Below, piece by piece: positions 1-12,544 of a stretch of 64,000 bases of DNA. The position numbers and the translations under genes are program-made. Numbering within the stretch: position 1 is the first letter of the stretch; each line of letters opens with the position of its first letter. Under the pieces are notes generated by a model. That model worked only from the letters and a program-made list of their open reading frames with translations, was not told the origin of the DNA and did no database searches. The stretch is taken from positions 1,922,001 to 1,986,000 of the forward strand of contig NW_027117338.1 in assembly GCF_038025025.1 (NCBI RefSeq). Direction: 5' to 3'. The DNA is from Phyllosticta citribraziliensis. Taxonomy: Eukaryota.

Positions 1-1321
1 TACCCTACACTAGTAAAGGCCCAGGGTCCAGCCCAGTGCAAGTCGACAAGAATAGGCACAGTTGACACCCAGCGCGTTTGCGCCGAAACAGAAAAGAGAG
101 AGCCGCCTGGCGCCGGCGACAAATGACGTTTGCAGGCGGTGCTTGCAGCAGAGGACGATGCTGTACAAGGAACGGTGGTACTGGCACAAGAGCGTCGACA
201 GGCTAGACCCGAGCGGCATGGGCCGGACAGGTCGACGATTGCTTTGCTAGCCGGGAGAAGCTGGTTTACCAGGGTCAGTGCACGTGTTCTGATTGGTGAG
301 TAGACTGGACAGGGACCAGGTACGTTGATGGTCGTGAAAGGTGAAACAGTGGAGAGGAGAGCAGCCAAGCGAGCAAGCAAGATGGGGAGGGAAGGGGGTT
401 TGCTCAATTGCTTGGAAAGTCGGCCCTGCGACAGAGGTGAGGATAGGATATCAAGCAGGTTCTCTTTGCCTTCACTGCGCGCTGCGCTGAGAGTTTATGA
501 TGATGTGAAAAAGCGGCAAGCTCTAGCTAGGTACCTTCGCGGTAGTAGCCGACGGGGAGTGACCGCATGGAAACAAGATTTGAAACTCTGAAATGTCAAT
601 TTTAGTGTACACGGCGGTCGTTGGTACCTACAACTATAGGGCCAGCCTGAAAACTGTCGTGCTGCGGTCTCGATGATGCCGTGTCGTCGCTGTCTGCGCA
701 GACACGGTCACACCACATCCAGCAGCGCGCATGAGTTCCTGGACCCCGAAGCTTAAAAGATGGAAGACGAAATGAATAAAAGACACAAACCCTACGCCTT
801 GGAATTGAGGAGATTGTATGTGACCTGGACTATATGAAAGGCCGCAAGCTCAGGCGACACTTGGACCGCTTTTTGGACTCATCTTGCTCTTCCAGTACGT
901 GCTTTGTTTGTATGACAAGGGAAATGGATGGAGACTGAGGTTGCCAAGTTTGCCGACAGAAAAAAAAGAGGTGAGACCTTAGGGTATTCGGCTGGAGAGA
1001 TGGTAGGAACACTGTACGCAGTTCCCTGGGGCAAAGCCAGGAGCGCACACGCTAGTCATTCTGAACCTTTCAACACTGCGAATTGCTCCGAGGGTATAAT
1101 GAATCCAAAAAACAATGAAAGCCAAAAAGAATTTAAGGAAATGATGTGGTAAGGTGGAGGAAGTCGCTTCCGGTCCCTCGGTACAATTGATTCGACCCGA
1201 CGAAGTTGGCTGCGATGCCTTGGTGGTGTTATAGGACGCCCGCTGATCAGACGTGATGGAGGTCCATTCCAGCGATGCTTCTGCTCTAGAACCTCGCGTC
1301 CATAGTATTTGTGCTCAGCAC

Positions 1322-2098
1322 CTATTTGATGTTCTTGAACATGTCGTCGCCGTCGAACGCGCCTCCGTCCAGACCAGAACCTAATTTGTGCAATTCCGGC
1401 AACGTTGGCGGTGGCGGACCTTTCTTCTGGGGCGGCACGGGGGGTTGCCCCTTGGTGGTGGTGGTGGTGGTGGTGGATGGATTGTTGTCCGAGTCGCCGT
1501 TGGGGAGATAGCCTTCGGGAAGACTGCCAATGCCAAACATGGTGCTCGCGCGTTTGCCGAACCAACTGGCGCTCTTTCTCCTCTCTCGGACACTGGGGCG
1601 CGCAGAAGGAGCAAAAGAGCCGCTGGGGCTCTCGGGACGGTTGGGAGGCTGGTTGCTGCGAAGGGAGTCGGCGGAGGAAGCGCTGCGGAAGCCAAGGAAA
1701 CGGCGGACAGAGGAAGCTCTTTTGCCGGCCGAGCTCTCCGTTTTGCTCACGGTGGGACTAAGCATGTTTTTGTCGTTGGGGGAATCGTGCTTGGAGGTGT
1801 TGGTATTGGCGGTGGCTACGCTGACGTTGCGACCGCGCAAATCACCATTGGCCCCGTTGACGTCGTCCTTTTGGATCTTGGGACTGGCGTTTCCCATGGG
1901 ATCTTCGGGGCTGTCCTGGGGAGAGGTGGGATGGGAAGATAGCGGGCCGCCGCCGGGAGTAGGAGGACGAGCTGGAGTCGAGGGCGGCGATTCTTGAGGC
2001 TCAGGTATGTCGGTGCCTTCGGTCAGGGAGAAACGGATAGGCTTGATGTCGAGGGGGGCGAAGGCGGCTGGTTTTGAATTGGCGGGAACGGGCGACAT
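1322..2098 (-). CDS. Hypothetical Pro/Ser-rich, probably disordered protein (about 258 aa)
   Basis: Single uninterrupted ORF from ATG at 2098 (MSPVPANSKPAAFAPLDIKPIRFSLTEGT...) to the stop at 1322, with coding-like codon usage. It ends in PPPPTLPEL...DGDDMFKNIK. No recognised domain. Confidence 0.7.
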   Translation of the reverse strand: MSPVPANSKPAAFAPLDIKPIRFSLTEGTDIPEPQESPPSTPARPPTPGGGPLSSHPTSPQDSPEDPMGNASPKIQKDDVNGANGDLRGRNVSVATANTNTSKHDSPNDKNMLSPTVSKTESSAGKRASSVRRFLGFRSASSADSLRSNQPPNRPESPSGSFAPSARPSVRERRKSASWFGKRASTMFGIGSLPEGYLPNGDSDNNPSTTTTTTTKGQPPVPPQKKGPPPPTLPELHKLGSGLDGGAFDGDDMFKNIK

Positions 2099-2181
2099 GG
2101 CGTGCAACACGTCGGGTCCAAGGGTGCGGTTGTGGGGGGCTGGCGAAGCAGGCAGAGGGTGGTACAGAGGTGGACGGCAGC

Positions 2182-2200
2182 GGGGGGGGGGGGGGGGGGG
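2182..2200. repeat. G19 homopolymer
   Basis: 19 consecutive G, about 85 nt upstream of the minus-strand ATG at 2098. Confidence 0.95.
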
Positions 2201-2715
2201 TGCCGACGCCGACAGGGGAAGCCAGTATGTGGTCGAGAAGGGGGGAGCAGCGGAGAGTTAGGCTGCTGCAGACGCGACCGACGAACAAGAAGATGGATTG
2301 GTCGGAGGAGGACGAGAGGAGGAGCGTGCAGTAGCCGTTGGTGCGCAACCCCAGCCCGGCCGCAGCAGGCGCAATGCCAATGGTCGAAGGAAATGATGGG
2401 CCACGGCACTGCAGCGCAGCGCAGCGCAGCGCAGCGGACATGAGGTGAGCGAAGATTTCCACCACGACGGCTTGCGGCACTCACCACCCACGACCGCGAC
2501 CGGGGACGCTGGCCTCGCGGAAGGCGCGCCGCTGGGAACCACTGGCAACTGAAGCAAGTGGAAAGCAGTCCCCCGTTCCCATTTTTCTCTCGCATCTCTG
2601 CTTCTTCACTCTCCCAGTCCATCCTAACCCGAACCCAGCCAGCCCAAGCCAGTCAAGTCAGGTCAGGTCCAGGGGCCGTGTCCACCTCAATCCACCACCT
2701 AACCTTTCTGTTCCC

Positions 2716-3391
2716 ATGTCGGCTGCAATTCTCCAAGACGACCACCACCAGCGCTTCATGCGCGAGGCGCTGCGCATGGCCGAGCTCGCCCTGGCCACCG
2801 ACGAAACGCCCGTCGGCTGCGTCTTCGTGCATGACGGCAACATCATCGGCCGCGGAATGAACGACACAAACCGTTCCCTAAACGGCACGCGACACGCGGA
2901 ATTTGTCGCAATCTCTCAGATCCTGGCCCGCTACCCTCCGTCCGTCTTGCGCCAGACCGATCTCTATGTCACCGTTGAGCCGTGCGTCATGTGCGCCTCG
3001 GCCCTGAGGCAGTTCAACATTCGCGCCGTCTACTTTGGCTGCTGGAACGATAGGTTTGGCGGCACCGGAGGCGTCCTCCATATCCACGACCAGCATGTCT
3101 TCCCGTCCTCCCTTGCTTTACCACGTGTCCCGCTGACCGCCCTGCAGTCCAAGCGTGGACAAGCCCTATCCCGTCTACGGCGGCATCTTTCGCGAAGAGG
3201 CCATCATGCTGCTGCGCAAGTTCTACGTCCAGCAAAACACAAAGGGTATGACGCTCCCTTCTTGCTCGCTTGCCCAATGCTGCTGGTGCTGACCCACCCC
3301 AGCCCCAGAGCCCAAGCACAAGGGAACCAGGGTCTTGAAGACTGAAATCCTGCCGCTGGATCCCAAGACCAAAGAGAAGCCCAGCGATTGA
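2716..3391 (+). CDS. TAD2: tRNA-specific adenosine-34 deaminase catalytic subunit
   Basis: Motifs ETPVGCVFV, TRHAE, LYVTVEPCVMC and YFGCWNDRFGG. Introns at 3093-3147 (GC-AG) and 3246-3302 restore ...PYPVYGGIFREEAIMLLRKFYVQQNTKAPEPK..., with the stop at 3389-3391. Confidence 0.93.
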
Positions 3392-3536
3392 GTTCGATTC
3401 GCGACATAGATACCCAAACGTCCTCTCTCATTGGCTCCCCAAGTCAAACGCCTGTTGAAATAGAATATACCCCAGTGGCCCTAGCCCTTACTCCGTAGCA
3501 TCTGTACCAAATAAAGCTTCAACAATTGTATGCCTT

Positions 3537-3944
3537 TCAAAGAATTCCGTCGTGTTCGCCAGGAAGTCGCTTGACGCGCTTCTGCTCCCAGTTGTCCAGG
3601 TCTTTGGCAGCCAACCTCTGCGAACCGTCTATCAGCATTCACGCATTCTCTGCCAGCAGTTTGAGAGCAAAACTAACGTAGTACTCTTCCTTCATGTCCA
3701 CCCTCCTCCTCTCTTGTCCGAGTCCAAGTTCTTCCTCCTTGCTCATTGTTCGCACTTTTCGGTCGTGTCTCTCATAACGTAGGGCCGTCGCGGGTGTGAG
3801 GAAGAAACTGCCGGCAACCATTGTAGCAAGAAACGGGAGGCCGAAGAGCAGAAACGGGTGCTTCTGCATCAAAACGCGGTACTTTGCCGCGAAGACATTT
3901 TCGCCCGCAGATCCACGGAACTTTTTGGTCTGGAAGACACCCAT
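3537..3944 (-). CDS. COX16: Cytochrome c oxidase assembly protein COX16
   Basis: KHPFLLFGLPFLATMVAGSFFLTPATALRYE...DMKEEYY, then one intron, then RLAAKDLDNWEQKRVKRLPGEHDGIL*. This is the typical Cox16 pattern. Confidence 0.92.
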
Positions 3945-4299
3945 GGTGAGGATTTGTTGATGTTGCAAAGTGGAGTGACTCCCGGGGCCGCGAGATTCCT
4001 AGCCTTTTGGATGCGCGGCGGACGTGGCGTGAGTGGGCCAAGGTAGGGTTGGGGTCCAAGGACTTGATGAGCGCTGCAATGGAGATCTCGCCCAGGTTCC
4101 GCCAGCGGCTTGGCGCCCACGCCGCCTTGACGGTTCCGGTTTGGTAGAGGTCGGGTGCTTTATCTTATCACCATGTGACAGCGCGAGAGACGCGACAGGC
4201 ACTTCTTTCTCCCGGCAACACAGCCTACACCCACCACGACTCTCCATCCACACACCTCACGCCGGCATGCTCAACACCGATACATGACAGCCAGCCCTC

Positions 4300-7200
4300 A
4301 TGGCACGGAGAACAATCGACATGGGCCACCCGGCGGCCATTGCCGATCTTGCGGCTGGCAGCAATGGAATCCCGCCGCCGTCCACAATTGCCGCCCAGAT
4401 TGTCAACAACCATTCTAGAGCCCACGAGCAGCAGGAACCGCAGGATAACAGGCTTTTTGGGATGCTACTGCAAGAGTTCTTGGCGGATCCATCTGCGGGA
4501 GAAAAGGATGTCAAGCTCAACTTGCAACTCATCTCGGTGGTCGTTGAGGCCGGCCTCAATGCCCTACTCAAAGAGCGCGAGCCTCTTGGCCAACATGTCA
4601 TGTTATCCCAAGCCCGAGATAGCATTTCCGTTGTACGAATTTCAGTCGAACGCGATCCAAGCCTTCTTTTTTGTCAAAATCCTGGTGCAGAAGAGCCGAT
4701 TCTCAACCTGCCGCTCGTTGCTTGGCTCCTCCCCAAGATATTCTCTTTCCTCACTTGTCCGTCTTTGGGACTATTGCAAACAGACTTGACCTCTTTGCTC
4801 GCCTCACTCCTTGGCGCGCTTTCGCGGCTTTCGCGTAAAGTGCCAGACTCGGAGGCTGAATTTAGAGACTTCTGGAAGGAGGGTCTCCTCCTGCTTGAAT
4901 TTTATCAGGCAACGATCGACGGTTTGCTATTGCACGACCATCATAATTATTCCAATACTGACAGTTCTTGCAGCTGTACTTGACGACTTGGAACACTCGA
5001 TGCACAATACCCTGCTAAAGGGCAGCGGAAAGACGCTGACTCTGCCGCCGTCAAGCAGTATTCTGCGCCTTCTTCCAAATGAGCAACAGCTCCCCACGCT
5101 TCCTCGACATTGCCAAATTGAAATGAAGAGTCTACACCGATCCTGTATCATTGCATTGTCATTGCTGGCAGCGATCTCGCGTTACTTGTCCTCGTCGAAC
5201 AGTGCTCTAGCTATGGCGCCCGCTCGTAGTGTCGTTTATGACTGGGTCATTGATCGCGTCCGTCACTTCTGGGAGCTTGCGTCCCATTCAACTTTGCTCA
5301 AACAATCAAACGAACATGCTCATCGACAAATTTGGCTCCTCTTCCTCGGCACTTTGGACTTGCTTTTGTCAAATCAATTGGAGGAGGGCAAAGGAGCCAC
5401 GATACTCTACGACGTTCTTGGAGACGTAACGGATTATGTTTGCAGATTCCCCCCAGCCTCAGCTGTCCAATTGGAATTGTCCAATGTTCTTCTGCAGGTT
5501 CTTTGGCAGTTGCGTAAAGAAGGAGACTCTGTCCATCCCTCCGGAACAGTGCTTCTTTTTCGAGATTTGGTCGCTGTGCCTCTCCGTCTTTTGGCACAGG
5601 ATCCTTCGCAGCTTGAAGCCCTGGACAAGGATCTTCAGGTACGTTTCTTACCTTCACAGCAATTGCCTAGCTCACATATTTATCAGTGTGCAATAGTGCT
5701 CTGTAGCACAGAGTCGGATGGAACGAACGTGGCTCTGCGCAGCGCTACTTCCCTAATGCAATCAGACCAGACGTTTCAGGCATTTGAAGATGAGAGACTG
5801 GCCCAAAAATTTGGAACAATGCTTTTGAGCGGCGCCGAGAGCGAATTCCTCGATAATCAACGTCCGCGCAAACGGCAGCGCTTAGATGTAGATTCGGGAG
5901 GTACCAGCAAGTCACATTGGAGCACGCTTGTTTCGAAGCTTTATTTTGGTGAAGAAGTTTCAGATGAGCTCAAAGGGCTCCGAGAAACAGTATTGTAAGT
6001 TGAGAGCTGAAGGAATAGAATCATCTTTCTGACCAACTTAGGGGTCACTTCGAATCGTCTTCCGACCAATCAAAATCCCGATGGCTCTGCCATTTCATGA
6101 GACTGCCTTGCGTTGCCGTGGGGACGTTCAAAGCCCGTATCTCGAGTAGCGGCGAGTTATTGAACATGTCTTGTTCTTGGTGTGATTCTATCGACCTCAA
6201 ATCAGACACCGAACAGCCATTTTGGAACGCCTCTGATCGTTCGTCTTCCTTAAAGGAAGCACTTGGAATACTGAGGTCCATCATCGAGATGCCCGGATTT
6301 CAGAGTTCCAAAACACCAAGGGTTTGGGCGGCGGCGGCGATTAGGAGTCTGCACAGTCATCTCGATGACTCGGAAGCACTTGATTTACACAACTCGTCTT
6401 TGGGAGAGTGGTGTATGAAATCTCTCAGGAGTTCGCAGAGAGAGTTGAGAATCGCTGCAGGGTAAGGTTGCGATGGTTCCTGGTCCCTGCACTGCTAATA
6501 TGTCCCAGGCTTGCCATCCCTGCTTTCCTCCGGAGCAACATCAAGGAGGAGATACACCAGAGGAACCGAATAGATGTGCTTGACTATGTCAAGCACGTGT
6601 CGAGCAGGGCTACACTTGGCGAACTGGAAACGCTGGTTCTGGCTTGGGGTCAAATCGCGAGGTCAGTAAGTTTCGACTCTCAACAACTTTTACTGACGAG
6701 AAACAGAGCTTGCGGTGAGGATGAACTCAATATTGTGCTGCTTCGACTCGTTGATCTTCTTGGTCACACACATCCACTGATTTGTGGAGTGGCCTACAAC
6801 GAGGTAAGCAGAGAGAATTCATACGAGACTGCCAAAAGCTAACGAGATCCAGCTATTATCCTTGTGCGAGCACTTTAAATTGACTCCCTTGGAACTACTC
6901 AAACCGTTCTGGCGGAACATCAGCTTCGAGGTGTTCAAGGACCTTCACAGCTGCCCACAAAAGGCCCAGCAACTCTCCGATTTCCTTGAGATGGGCATTG
7001 ACGAGTTGCTCATTCTCATCCAGACAGACTTGCTGCCTTATCTGGTCCTGACTAAGAGAAGAGACATTCTGGAAAGAGTAGCGGCTGCACGCAAAACAAA
7101 TGTTCAGGATGTCTGCGTGCAGCCAAAAGCTAACATGGCTTCCATCCTGACCATCCTCTTCCTACACGCCGCAGATGACGTAGGAACTGAGGACATTGAG

Positions 7201-10200
7201 AGCAGCGCGATGGACCTCCTATGCGAATCGGTGCCAGAATTCCAGACGACAGACCTACAAACTTTGATTAAGCAGGATCCTACCCTGATTGCGTTCAATC
7301 TTCTCAAAGCCTCCGCTATCGAAGAGGGCCCAAAGAAAGAGAGGGTAAGCAACCAGTGGCTCTTTCATCTGCCTGGCTAATATATCGGCAGATCCACGAG
7401 GTTTTCCGAAAGTACGCGGTCATTGCAGAGCGGAGCACCAGGAACACCAAGGCGAACACAAGAGCAAATCCATCCAAGATGATCGCTGAGTTCTTCCACA
7501 ATCATATTCTGGGAATTATGGCCTACTTTTCAGACATGATCGACAACCCAAAAGACCCAAAGCCAATATCAGAACGCATCAAATGTTTGGGTGCTTTGGA
7601 AGAAATGATTTCTCTTGCTGAAAGCTCAGTCAGCGTCGGATTGCCTCAGGCAAGTATGTTTGAAAAGCTTGCTGTCGTCGTGCTAATGCCCCTTTTCCAG
7701 ATCCGTGCATGCTTGCAGTCAGCCTCTGAGATACCTGAGTTGTGTGACACGGCTTTCTTGGCGTGGTCGACCCTCCTGGACGTTGTGGATGTCGAAGATG
7801 TCGAATTTCTGATTGACCAGACTTTTTCAATCGTCGAACAGAATTGGGAGTCCTTTAGCCCAGCCGGCCAAGCAAAGGCTCACGACGTCGTATCAGATCT
7901 GGTCAACGGTCACAAAGCCGCGGTCCAAGAAAGGGTCAACGTGCTACCTTCTTTTGATTCGATTCCGGTCATGAGCAAAATCAGCGCACAGATTAATCGG
8001 TTCAGGGCGCACTCCGTTGATGAACTTTGCCAGGCCTTCAGCAAGCGGTGTCGCGATGAGAGCGCGATCGTCGTAACTCAGGCTTTGAAAGAACTGATTC
8101 CATTCCTGGAAGATAATCAGCCGTTCATTCACGATTCCACCATCAATCAGCACCCAAGTCCAGTGGTGATGGACTTGTGCCGGTCCATTCTGGATGTCAG
8201 TACGAGATTTACCGAAAGCCACCCAAAAGTCGCCAACCTATCGGCGCAGTGTCTCGGGGTATTTGGAGCCCTCGACCCTTCTAGAGCAGAGACAATCCGA
8301 CCTCGGCGCGAGATTCTGATGATGTCAAACTTCACTCGACTGGACGAGTCCAACGAATTTGTCGCCTTTATGCTTGAAACCGTTCTAGCCAAATCATTCC
8401 ATTCTGCGACCAATGCAAAGTCGCAAGCCTTCATTGCGTATGCAATGCAGGAATGTCTCAAGTTTTGTGGCCTGGATCAGGATGTTTTATCCTACCGCCC
8501 ACGTGCGTCACAGGCCAGTCCTGCCCACCAGCTTTGGATCCGCATGCCCGAGAGCGTCCGGAGCACCCTTACACCTTTTTTGAGCTCCAAATACAGCACT
8601 GGCAGTGTCAGACCTGTCAATCGACTGCCTCAAAAGTATCCAATATTCTCCCCGGGCTTGGGGCACTCGAAGTGGTTGAAGCAGTTTGTGTACGACATGT
8701 TGCTGAACGGCAAAGGGGAAAACCCACAAATTGTCTTTCCCGTGCTGGCGAAGATCATCAGATCTCATGACGTGGCAATCGCTACGTTCTTGTTGCCTTT
8801 TACCGTCGTCAACATTGCTTTGGGTGGAACAGAGCAGGAGATCCAAAATATTATCGACGAGTTTCTCCTCATTTTGAATACGGAGATTACAGGTCCCGGT
8901 CCAGAAAGCGACAACATCAAACGCTGTAGCGAGGTATGTTGGATGTGGTGATGTTCACAGTTCCCTGGCTGACCCAGAAAAGAACGTCTTTCAAGTACTA
9001 GATTACATGTCTAAATGGCTCCAAGAAAAACGGAAAAGGCTGGCAGAGGCTCGTGTGCTAGTTCTTCGTGGCCATTACCCGGAGCTGGATGAGATTACAG
9101 AGACCGCTCAGATTAGCAGCATCGAGCGTGTTCTCTCGGCGATTCCTGCTGAAGTAATTTCTCGTCGCGCTGTCGAATGTCGATCCTTCGCTCGCGCACT
9201 CTTTCATTGGGAACAGTACATGCGCCAACGTACAGCCATGGTTGATTTCTCGACCGAAAACACAGACCAGCAAGGCCTATACCAACACCTTCAGTACATC
9301 TATGCCCAGATCGACGAACCGGATTGCATAGAGGGCATTTCGGCACACCTTCAAATTTTGGATCCGGAACAGCAAATTCTCGAGCACAAAAAGGCTGGAA
9401 GATGGACGGCCGTCCAGAGCTGGTACGAAATGTCCCTGGCGGAGAAACCAGACGATTCAGAAGTCCAGTACCAGCTAGCAGCCTGTCTGCGGGAATCGGG
9501 CCAATATAGTAAGTCTTTATCAGTCGGCGAGGGGGCGGCGCTAATCTGCCGCAGACTCAATGCTGGCCCAAGTAAAGGAGTTCCAAAATACGACAACCAT
9601 TACCAATCCCAAGTTACTGTCTCTGGCTGCAGAGGCGTCTTGGATGACCGGAAAATGGCACGCTTTGGAGGGACTTCTATCGACGGCGCCAGCAGGACTG
9701 CAAGAGTTCAATATTGGCATCGGCAAAGCCTTTCTGTCCTTGCGCAATGGTGACGACGAAAACTTTTCCACTACAATTGACCAGCTACGGGAAGGAATCG
9801 CCAGAGGATTGTCCCCCGCATCTACCGCTTCACTCCAAGCCTGCCATGACCAAATGCTCAAACTCCATGTGCTCTATGAGATTGACAGCATCAGTCGGGG
9901 GACGGAAACGTCGGACGGCACGCGCTCAGACTTTTTGACCACACTCGATAGGCGTCTGGATATGTTGGGCGCTTTGACATCAGAAAAGCAGTACATTCTT
10001 GGCCTGAGAAGAGCCGCAATGCAGCTTTCTTGCCGAGGCTTCACAAACCTCGACGTCGCCTCGACTTGGGTGACCACTTCGCGTCTTGCACGAAAGACAA
10101 ATGTGACCAGCACGGCCTTTGATGCTGTTCACCACGCGTCTCGTTTGGGCGATGATGAGGCTATCATCGACCACGCTCGCCTACTATGGAAAGAAGGACA

Positions 10201-12432
10201 TCACCGTAAGGCGATTCGGAACCTCGAGGGAGCTCTCAACTCAAACGCATTCGGCGCTCACGACAATTGGGTTCGGGCGAACAAGCAGTCGAGCCATACC
10301 ACGAACGACGACGAGCCGGAACTTCGACTGGAGAACAAAGTTGCTGCTCGTGCCTGGCTTTTCAAGGCGAAATGGATCGATTCAGCTGGGCAAACGTCTT
10401 TCGACAAGACCCGGGTCTGCTACACCACGGCAGTCAGGCTTTTTCCGAAGTGGGAAAAAGGCCATTACTATCTTGGTAAATACTATGCGAAGCAAAGCAG
10501 TGCTGAGATGGCGCAACCAGAGTTCAGAAGAAGTCAAGCTTTCAGGGCTGGTGAGTACAAGAGGTTGGTGATTGAGAATTACTTGCGAAGCGTCGCCTAT
10601 GGTACCAAGCATCTTTACGAAACGGTGCCAAAACTGCTCACTCTTTGGTTGGAGCTGGCTACGGAAGTTCAAACCGATCAACCCAGTCAAAGAACAAGTG
10701 ATCTACAGTAAGCAGCGAAAGATTCGCCATGTCTGGCTTTGGCTAATTTGCGAGTCACAGGAGAACTTGGTCCCAAAAGCGAAAGGAGATGCTCAAAAAG
10801 GTGGAGGACCATCTGGACAGGTATGCCATCCAGAGGCTACCGGCGTTCATCTTCTACACGGCTCTTCCACAGATGATTACTCGAATCTGTCATACACGTC
10901 AAGCCACTTATGAGCTACTAGCGAGTATGATCGTCAAAGTCGTGGGCGAGCACCCTCGACAGGCGCTTTGGGGTTTGCTGGCAGTCGTCAAGTCAACAAA
11001 CACTTCGAGATCCAACCGGGGCATGGCTGTGTTGACCAAAGTCAAAGTGAGTCACGTCTCATGACCCACGCATGGCTACCGTACTAATGATCAGCAGGAA
11101 TATAAGAAGAGCAAACACGGCGCATCGAGCGGGCCAGATCTCAAGCTCCTTGTTAGCCAAGGACAAAGGCTTTCAGAGGCACTATTGCATGCCTGCGATG
11201 CTCAGGTAGAGCCCCGTGCAACACGCGTGAGTCTGTCGCGAGACTTGGGGTTCAATCACAAACTCGCCCCATGTCCTCTGGTGGTTCCGGTCGAGACGAC
11301 TCTTGTGGCAAGCTTGCCCACTGGCTCTTCTTACCCCGATGTTTCATACAAGCACCACAAGGCTTTTCAAGACACTGTGCCCACAATCTCAAGCTTTTTG
11401 GACGACGTTTCAGTGCTGCCTTCCCTCCAACGACCACGTAAGCTCGTGGTCAGAGGGTCAGACGGACGCAACTACGGTCTCTTGATCAAACCCAAGGATG
11501 ACCTCCGCAAGGACCAACGCCTGATGGAGTTCAACACTATGATCAACCGCGCGCTGCTGCGAGACGTTGAGTCTAGTACAAGACGTCTCAACATCAAGAC
11601 ATACGCCGTGACACCACTCAACGAGGAATGTGGAGCCATTGAATGGGTCGAGGGACTTAAAGCCATGCGAGACATGATCATCAAACTTTACCGCGAGAAG
11701 AATATTCCAATCGACTACACCGCTACAAGAGTTATTCTGGATCAGGCTGCTGGCGTACCAGCCAAAAATGGCGACCCTGGGAAGCCGGAGCAGCTGCACA
11801 TGTTCACCGACCTCATTACACAACACTTCAAACCCGTTCTCCACGAGTGGTTTATCGAAACGTTTCCGGAGCCCGAGGCGTGGTTTGCGGCACGCCTCAA
11901 ATACACGCGCTCTTGCGCCGTCATGTCCATAGTCGGGCACACATTGGGCTTGGGAGACCGACACGGCGAAAACGTCTTGTTGGTAGAGCATGACGGCGGC
12001 GTCTTTCACGTCGACTTCAACTGCCTCTTCGAGAAGGGTCTGACGTTCGAGAAGCCCGAGCTCGTGCCGTTCCGGCTGACGCACAACATGGTCGACGCCA
12101 TGGGGCCGTACGGGGTCGACGGGCCTTTCCGCACGGCGGCTCAGCTCACGCTGCGACAGCTGCAGCAGAACCTCGACACGCTCATGACGATTCTCGAGAC
12201 CTTCCTGTACGATCCCACGGCCGACTTTATCGGCAAGAAGCGCAAATCCGTCATGGGTGTGCCGACGACGCCAGAGGAGGTGCTCGAGAGCGTCAGTAGC
12301 AAGGTCAGGGGCTACTTGAAGGAGGAGACGGCGCAGTTGAGTGTGGAGGGTTGTGTTGACATGCTAATTTCTGCGGCCACGGACCCAAAGAATTTGGCCA
12401 AAATGTACATCGGTTGGTGCGCGTTCTTTTAG
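4300..12432 (+). CDS. MEC1: PIKK checkpoint kinase ATR/Mec1/Rad3 (HEAT/UME, FAT, kinase, FATC)
   Basis: Kinase motifs KPKDDLRKDQRLMEF, GLGDRHGEN and HVDFNCLF, and FATC end LAKMYIGWCAFF*. Twelve introns inferred: 4922-4973, 5639-5686, 5995-6041, 6462-6508, 6662-6706, 6804-6852, 7345-7391, 7650-7700, 8934-8982, 9509-9554, 10708-10760 and 11047-11097. Confidence 0.95.
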
Positions 12433-12544
12433 TTGGTGACAGGGTCGTTGGGGATTCCCGTTGTGGTCCACACGGATCATTGGGGGAAAAGCGGCGTTGG
12501 ACTGGTGTTGAAGGAAGATTCCTTTTTTTTTCTTTTTTTTTTTT

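Noticed and set aside
1..322. Possible 5' portion of a minus-strand gene with an intron-like segment near 268-322
   Set aside because: Any coding part would lie outside the window. There is not enough evidence to call a feature.
496..591. ATGATGA...CTGA pair resembling a C/D box snoRNA
   Set aside because: No proper terminal stem and no rRNA-complementary guide that I could identify.
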